64,000 nt of DNA, from the NCBI RefSeq assembly GCF_964355755.1, contig NC_092677.1, forward strand, positions 332,101-396,100, given 5' to 3'. The translations under genes and the position numbers were made by a program. This DNA is from Antedon mediterranea. Taxonomy: Eukaryota > Animalia > Echinodermata. The stretch's first letter is position 1, and each line of letters starts with the position of its first letter. Positions 57,607 to 64,000 of this stretch are shown here, in pieces. Under the pieces are notes generated by a model. The model was not told the origin of the DNA, ran no database searches, and was given only the letters and a program-made list of their open reading frames with translations.

Positions 57607-58479
57607 ATCATTTTGGTTTTAGCAAGGTTAATAGGATATTTATGACGTAATGATGAATTACGTAATACACGTATAAATAGACTATTATCAGCTGTTCAGT
57701 CATGTTTCAGTTTGTGGTGGAACGGGTAATGCTCAGTTTTGAGTGCTATCAGCTGGGGTTCAAACCTCGACGACGGATATTTTTTTATGAATATTGTTTT
57801 TTTTTGTTAAGCTCACTATGGTTGGGGCAGAGCTAAGAATGAAAGCCTATTCCCCGGAAATTATGAAACGAAATATATAAGTCTTCAGGACCAGCCATAC
57901 AATGTAACATGAAGCGCGTATAAGACTATACTATTGTCACTGTAGCATAACAGGTAGTGCTCTAGTAACTATAGTTGGATGGATTCTCTCAGCTCTACTA
58001 GCAGGGGTTCAAATCTCTACGGATTTCTTTTTCTTTTATTAAATATAAAATGTTTTTCTTTTATTTTGAAAGAGAGATATTTAGAGAGTCAAGTTTTTAT
58101 ATTTAAGGTAATATAATGTAAAAGATTAATAACATCAAAATTCAACAGTGGCGTGTTGACCGCCGCGAATGACTAATACTTTTAATGTCAGAAAAACAGG
58201 AATTAGAATTCTCTTCGTTACGTGTTTAGAAAAGAATTATCTCATCTAATCGTAGTTTGGTATATCGGCGTTGTTATGCAAATTAGTTTGTGCAGGTGAA
58301 GTGGGAAAGATGGTATTGTTAGTCATTCGCGTTCAACACGAATTGAACTCGTTAAATATATTTAAATTAGTTACTTATTTCTATTTTATATCACTGTGCT
58401 CCACCGGTGCCAAATTTGATCCACTGGACCAGTTACCGTAATACTATTTCTATTCTATACTATATCTGAAGTTAATAAA

Positions 58480-58635
58480 GGCATAAATGGCGCTCCGTAG
58501 AGAAGTAGAGAATGCTCCAGTCGTCAGAATGACGTTATGAATATACTGTACCTCGAAATGTGTGAAAGAAGAAAAACGACAAAAGAACGTACGACGTATA
58601 CGGTGTGTGTGGAGAAGATTTAATTTTCAATAAAT
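58480..58635 (+). promoter_or_regulatory. Probable AAR2 promoter and non-coding first exon
   Basis: YY1-like AAATGGCG (~58486), CpG-richer sequence, donor GTAAG at about 58636, and a matching acceptor TTTGTTTGCAG just upstream of the AAR2 ATG. Confidence 0.5.
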
Positions 58636-58882
58636 GTAAGAAATGGCCAATCGATATCTTAAATGTTTAATATTTCTGCATTCATAGACTAGTGTATACA
58701 GTCGTTTGAAAGTTAGACCCTATATAAAAGTATCTAGCCTACCCTAGCCTAGTTGGTCCTTGCTTGGGCATGCATTTGGCCAAACTATTATTATTATTAT
58801 TATTAAAGGCTACCTTGGCCTAGGCCTATATGCCCTTCGCGCTGGCCCACCGTATTTAGACAGGATGACCGGCCCTGATAAG

Positions 58883-59652
58883 AACAAGGCCAACAGCCAT
58901 TAAGTCGCTACAATGCATAGTGATACCGGACCGACAGACAAACAGACCGACAGACAGACGGACCGACCGACATAGTGAACTATACTGACCGAAATTACTG
59001 AACATGTTTAAAAATGTTGAAATGTTTAAAAACATTTATATTTTTTTAATTTACACGTGCGTAGCCTGTCACTTTTGACGTGCTCGTATAACGTAATTTC
59101 GAGTTGAAAAGTAAGTCAAGAAAACAGAAATCGGGCAAAAAGTGTGCGCAATAACATTTAACGCGCAGTGCGCGCGCAAAAATCTGCGCACTCATGGCAA
59201 TTTTGTAAACGCTTAAAATTGCCTGAAACGTACTCTTATTTCATCGAAAATAAATTTTGAAAATTTTAAGCGCGCGTACGCATGCGTTACATGCGCTACG
59301 CACGTAATTGTATTGCCATATGATGATTTATGCCCTGAAATTTATGAGTACCAAATTTTATTTAATTGTGATTCATGGTTGTTAAGATATGATTACAAAC
59401 GTGATTTCGTTAAATCGTGCGTAGACCGCGTAATTTTTTATTGCGCACCGTGAAAACATAACCACATCGATTCCTGGCCATAAGGAATATTCTTTGAAAA
59501 ATTGACTTAGCTAGATTAAACTGATATCAAGATAAGGTCATAAAGCGATAAAACGCATAGTGATACCGGACCGACAGACAGACAGACCGACAGACAGACA
59601 GACCGACCGACCGACATAGTGAACTATAGAGTCGCTTCCACGCGACTAAAAA
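58883..59652 (-). mobile_element. Helentron-associated non-autonomous element (HINE/DINE-1-like)
   Basis: On the - strand it starts TTTTTAGTCGCGTGGAAGCGACTCTATA (short hairpin), carries two (GTCG/GTCT)n microsatellite blocks, has a subterminal GCGACT, and ends GGCCTTGTT at a T-rich site. Confidence 0.7.
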
Positions 59653-59903
59653 TATACACATCATGCACAGTATCTATCTAGGCCTAGCCTATTCTAATTA
59701 TTATATTAATCTTAATTATTATTAGCTGTAGACTACTAGTTTGGCCTAGGCCTAGACTAGGTAGTGTAGGTAGACAATTTTGGGATATCCCAATTTTGGT
59801 ATTGTTGTATTAATAAAGAAATGAACGCCATTTGTATTTTTTTTTTTTGTGTTTTTAATTTCCTTTTGTTTGCAGAATTTATTTACAACAGTAGTGTACA
59901 AAA

Positions 59904-61013
59904 ATGGCTACTCAGAGTGAAGAAATGGACCAAGATACAGCTTTTCGTCTGTTTGAAGAGGGCGCCACTTTCGTATTTCTTGATGTCCCTGTTGGAACTG
60001 AATTTGGAATCGACTATAACATTTGGAATGTAGCTGAAAAATTCAAGGGAGTCAAGATGATTCCACCAGGAGTTCACTTTGTACACTACAGTGCTACGAG
60101 TTGTTACGGAACTGGTCCACGAACAGGATTCTTCCATTATTTTAAAGGGAAAGAAGTCTTGGTAAAAAAATGGGATAAACAAAACGAGGAAATAAGTAAT
60201 GAGACTGTAAGTGTTGAAGAAGTTGAAAGAATCAAAATGGATTTACGAAATTTAGATAAAAATCTTGCACCATATCCTTACAAATCTTTGAAAAAATGGG
60301 TTTCACTTACGAACTATGTATCGGAGGATGTTGTGAACCGACTCAAACCTGAAAGCGGAGTAATTGCTTCAGCTTCTCAACTCGTACCAGATGCTCCGAC
60401 CAAGACGACCGAACAAAGAGCTTCCCTCAGGAGTCAGCCACCGGCGGACGACAACCTTCCCAAGATGCATTGCAAACCTGGGACCAAGATAAACTTCAGT
60501 AAAATACCGAAAGAAACACACCCACCAAATGCCACACCTAATCAGGTGACCAAATATGGTATGGATTCTAGCTTTCGCCTGGAGATGTTAGTGTCATTGA
60601 ACTACAGTGGTCACATGACAAGTGTTCTCTCAGAAATACAGTTTGTATTTATATGTTTTATTGTTGGTCATGTTTACGATGCTTTTGAACAATGGAAGAA
60701 TTTGATTCACATTATGTGTACATCAGAAGAAGCCATGACAAACCAACAGAAACTATTTGAAGATTTTATTTCTGTACTTCATTTTCAATTGAAGGAAGTT
60801 CCAACAGACTTTTTTGTAGATATTGTATCCCGTAGCAACTTTCTTACAATCACTTTACAAAGATTGTTTTCTAATATTGAAGATGGAAGCAACATGTCAA
60901 CCGGGTTGACTGAAAAAGCGAGAAAGTTTAAAGCAAATTTAATGAAGCGTTTCAAATGGGATTTTGATGTAGAACCCGAGGATGAAGCACCTGTAATGGT
61001 AGAATGTAATTAA
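59904..61013 (+). CDS. AAR2: Protein AAR2 homolog (U5 snRNP assembly factor), single coding exon, 369 aa
   Basis: Matching motifs include MDQDTAFRLFEEGATFVFLDVPVGTEFGIDY..W....KFKGVKMIPPGVHFVHYS, GPRTGFF, LAPYPY..LKKWVSLT, EIQFVFICFIVGHVYDAFEQWK, LHFQLKEVPTDFFVDIVS..NFL and FKWDF..EPEDEAPV. Confidence 0.97.
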   Translation: MATQSEEMDQDTAFRLFEEGATFVFLDVPVGTEFGIDYNIWNVAEKFKGVKMIPPGVHFVHYSATSCYGTGPRTGFFHYFKGKEVLVKKWDKQNEEISNETVSVEEVERIKMDLRNLDKNLAPYPYKSLKKWVSLTNYVSEDVVNRLKPESGVIASASQLVPDAPTKTTEQRASLRSQPPADDNLPKMHCKPGTKINFSKIPKETHPPNATPNQVTKYGMDSSFRLEMLVSLNYSGHMTSVLSEIQFVFICFIVGHVYDAFEQWKNLIHIMCTSEEAMTNQQKLFEDFISVLHFQLKEVPTDFFVDIVSRSNFLTITLQRLFSNIEDGSNMSTGLTEKARKFKANLMKRFKWDFDVEPEDEAPVMVECN

Positions 61014-62513
61014 CAATGTTTTATTCAATAAGTCATTAATGTTTTTAATTTGTGTTCACGACAACCACATAACGAAACTTAATTGAAGCATTTTATCAAC
61101 TAAAATGTATATGATTTTACCTCTCAATAAAAATTTTTTAATAAACATGTTTGTGTTATGTATACTAGTATTAGTATTGATGCTATCATCAAACTTGATT
61201 CGTAAGCAATCAACAACAAGCGATAGGTCATGGTGTGAGCCATCTGCTAAGCCTGCCAAATGAAGTACTATAATGTTTTTCAAAATAGAGATACACTAAA
61301 TCGAAATTAGAATTGCCCCCAAGTCTCTAGATAAACAAAAAAACCCAGTCCCAAGTCTGTAGATAAACAAACAAACTTAGATATCTGTATTGAGCATATA
61401 AATAGCAATTTATTGTATTCCTTTGTGGTATTACATGATTACACGCAACAGTGTTTACTCCAAAAAACATCAGGTATTACTACATCAGCCTCCACACATA
61501 ATTACACCCCTAATTTCATATTAATGGAATTACCTGTCACAGATAGCAGTTTAAATATCTAACCACTGTACAATGAATCCTATAGCAAGCAAGTGGTGGC
61601 AGCACTAATAACCACCACGTCTGAAGAACATGGGCTGTAATTCTGAAAATGTCAAATTTAAAAGATGCAATTTGTGATCCTACGCGTACCATCAATGGAG
61701 CTATAATTAACTTATTCCCAAATATATTTCTATGAAATGCTATCATAAAATAATTTTCACTATAAACAATATTGATTGGTGAAAACCAATCTGTTACCGT
61801 ACCTATGGAAGTTGGTGCATTATTATCCCATTAATGAGCGAGACAAGCACCTCCCCAGAGGCCCCTGGTTTAGGAACTAAGTGGTACTCCAACGCTGAAA
61901 TATTTTATTGCCTGTTCCTCTGGGCACCCTATAAGTCATTACACCACTGCCTCCCTTCAGTTAATACAAGCCAATTAAACAAGCACCTTCATTCATTCCA
62001 ATCTTGTACTAATTATAACATTACATGGCGGGTTATTAATGCAGATATTTCACATACTTCAGAAAGAATAATTTATTACAGTAATTATTTAACATGTCCC
62101 ACAAAGCATTGGAAAAAAGTACCATTACGGGTTTCTGATACAACTGACCGATTGTGCAACTCCTTGACCGCTTGTCCCTAATAAATGAAACTCATTCCCC
62201 TTATTTGCATAAGTACGGTAATTACAATGAAAACAAATCTATGTATGTCTTGGGTATTTACAATAAAATTGTCAACATTATAAAGAAAACAGATTTTGAA
62301 AAAGTCTAATATCAATTTTACTATTATTATTATATTATTAGGTTAATGATAAGGGATTTTACATTGCTATGACAAAATAATACAAATTATAAAGTGAAAA
62401 CATAATATAAAAAATAATATTGATCAAACATAAAATATACAATATTTATAAAAAATATAGAAAGATGTAATATTTTACATGCTGCGAATGTAGTCAAAAT
62501 ATGCACCACAAAA

Positions 62514-62653
62514 AAGAGATGATCACATTGCAACAAGATCAAAGAGATGATCACATTGCAACAAGATCAAAGAGATGATCACATTGCAACAAGATTAAAG
62601 AGATGATAACATTGCAACAAGATCAAAGAGATGATCACATTGCAACAAGATCA
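62514..62653. repeat. Tandem repeat, 28-bp unit, about 5 copies
   Basis: AGAGATGATCACATTGCAACAAGATCAA repeated. Confidence 0.93.
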
Positions 62654-64000
62654 TAAAATATAAATGTTATTACACATAATAATGTTCACAAATGTTCTGT
62701 CATGTGATGTTGTCATGTGATGCCTAAATACAGTATCTCTTGTGCCAATATGAATTTGCTAAGGAACATAACATCCCATAATAACCGTGCAGCTAGTCAA
62801 TGTTCTGAAATTTATGTTCAATATTTACTATGAATAGGGACATTTTGATTTGAGTGTACAAAGTCCACATGTGTAGTAGTCGATTGATACTCATCCACAG
62901 ATAGTCGAAAAGTCCCTAATATCTACATCTGAATATCAGTTAACCCACTGGGCTAAAATGAAAGGGTTACACTCTTTAAAAGATAGTAGATAACAAAAAA
63001 GTCACAACATTCAATTCAGTGAATCTCATTCCATTTAAAATGTGTACTTGTGTTGCTTTTGACTACCTACCATTATCAAGTATAAGAATAAGTCATTTTA
63101 AATAAATGTTTGAAATTTAAAAAATTGACATCACATGACAGCATTTGTTTTTAATGATCTAGTTGCAGTGTGATAAAATAATATGAATGTTTGTAACAAC
63201 ATTAAAACACTAAGTTTGAAATAGATAAATACTTACTACATGCATTGATGTAGAGCTTATAGCTAATATGTGTTGGTCCTCTACTGATTGCCATAAAAAC
63301 AAATATACAAAATAGGCTAGTATATTTAACTGAAAGGAATTGTTAAATCATTAAAGAAATATTTTCATGCAATACTGAAGGAACACTATCAAACTAGTTT
63401 GACAAAAAAAAGGTGCCCATACATGGTAGTGATATCCTAAATATGGTAGTGATATGACATCATCATGTCCATATTATGGACAATCATCACATTTTTTTGT
63501 CACATAAAGTTTCATAGTGCAGACAGTGCTTTATTATTTGAGCATTATATGTTGTAATTTTAATATATACTGTATAAGCCAAATTAATCAATCAGTTCGG
63601 ATTTGTCAAATTGACTAATTATTTTGTTCATCTAGTCTCAAAAATGTTTAAACTGAAGATATATAACTCTATAAATACAACTAAAAATAAACAAAAATAT
63701 ACACATTTAAACTACACAACACACAGAACATTCAGTGGGTACAGTGGTGGGTTATACCAATGGTTTTTTTAGGAATTTCCTTTAAATCTTATTATATTTG
63801 GATAATGCAAAGGGTATGTTACCCTTAACAATTCTTTTACTTTACTCAACACATTGCATTTATGTGTTTTTAACTCGGCGTGTTTGTATATACAAGCTTT
63901 TATCATTATTACACTACATACAAACAATAATAACACATCTTAAATGAAGAGACTAACTTGAAAATATGAGGATACTATTATACCGTCTAAGATTTGTACT

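Noticed and set aside
61056-64000. Short ORFs at the right end
   Set aside because: No recognisable domains or consistent splice signals. More likely UTR or intergenic sequence.

Overview
This is AT-rich, intron-rich animal genomic DNA with GT-AG introns. It is probably from a marine invertebrate deuterostome such as an echinoderm, but that is an inference from gene content and repeat style. By splicing exons by hand I can support eight protein-coding genes: the 5' part of a SUSD2/Mesh-like NIDO-IPT-AMOP protein (-, runs off the left edge), fibrillarin (+), DYRK1/minibrain kinase (+), TMEM192 (+), a BTG3/BTG4-like protein (-), CCDC153/DRC12 (+), an unnamed single V-set Ig type I membrane protein (-) and AAR2 (+). 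There is also an initiator tRNA-Met gene. Introns and spacers hold nested non-autonomous DNA transposons with recognisable TIRs/TSDs, a CR1 LINE 3' fragment, a Helentron-associated (HINE/DINE-like) element, tRNA-derived Pol III units and many minisatellites. I found no prokaryote-style novel system. The most notable observations are (1) FBL directly upstream of DYRK1 on the same strand, as in human FBL-DYRK1B; (2) very frequent TAC(A/T)GTA and TAGGCCTA words that look like accumulated transposon excision footprints; (3) a MULE-like element with CRE/CCAAT-bearing TIRs in the BTG/CCDC153 divergent promoter region; (4) a copy of CCDC153 exon 4 fused behind the exon 3 donor; (5) an orphan Ig receptor with two candidate leader exons and a repeated RGSIAYP tail motif; and (6) a 20-bp P-element-like palindrome with a 7-bp TSD.
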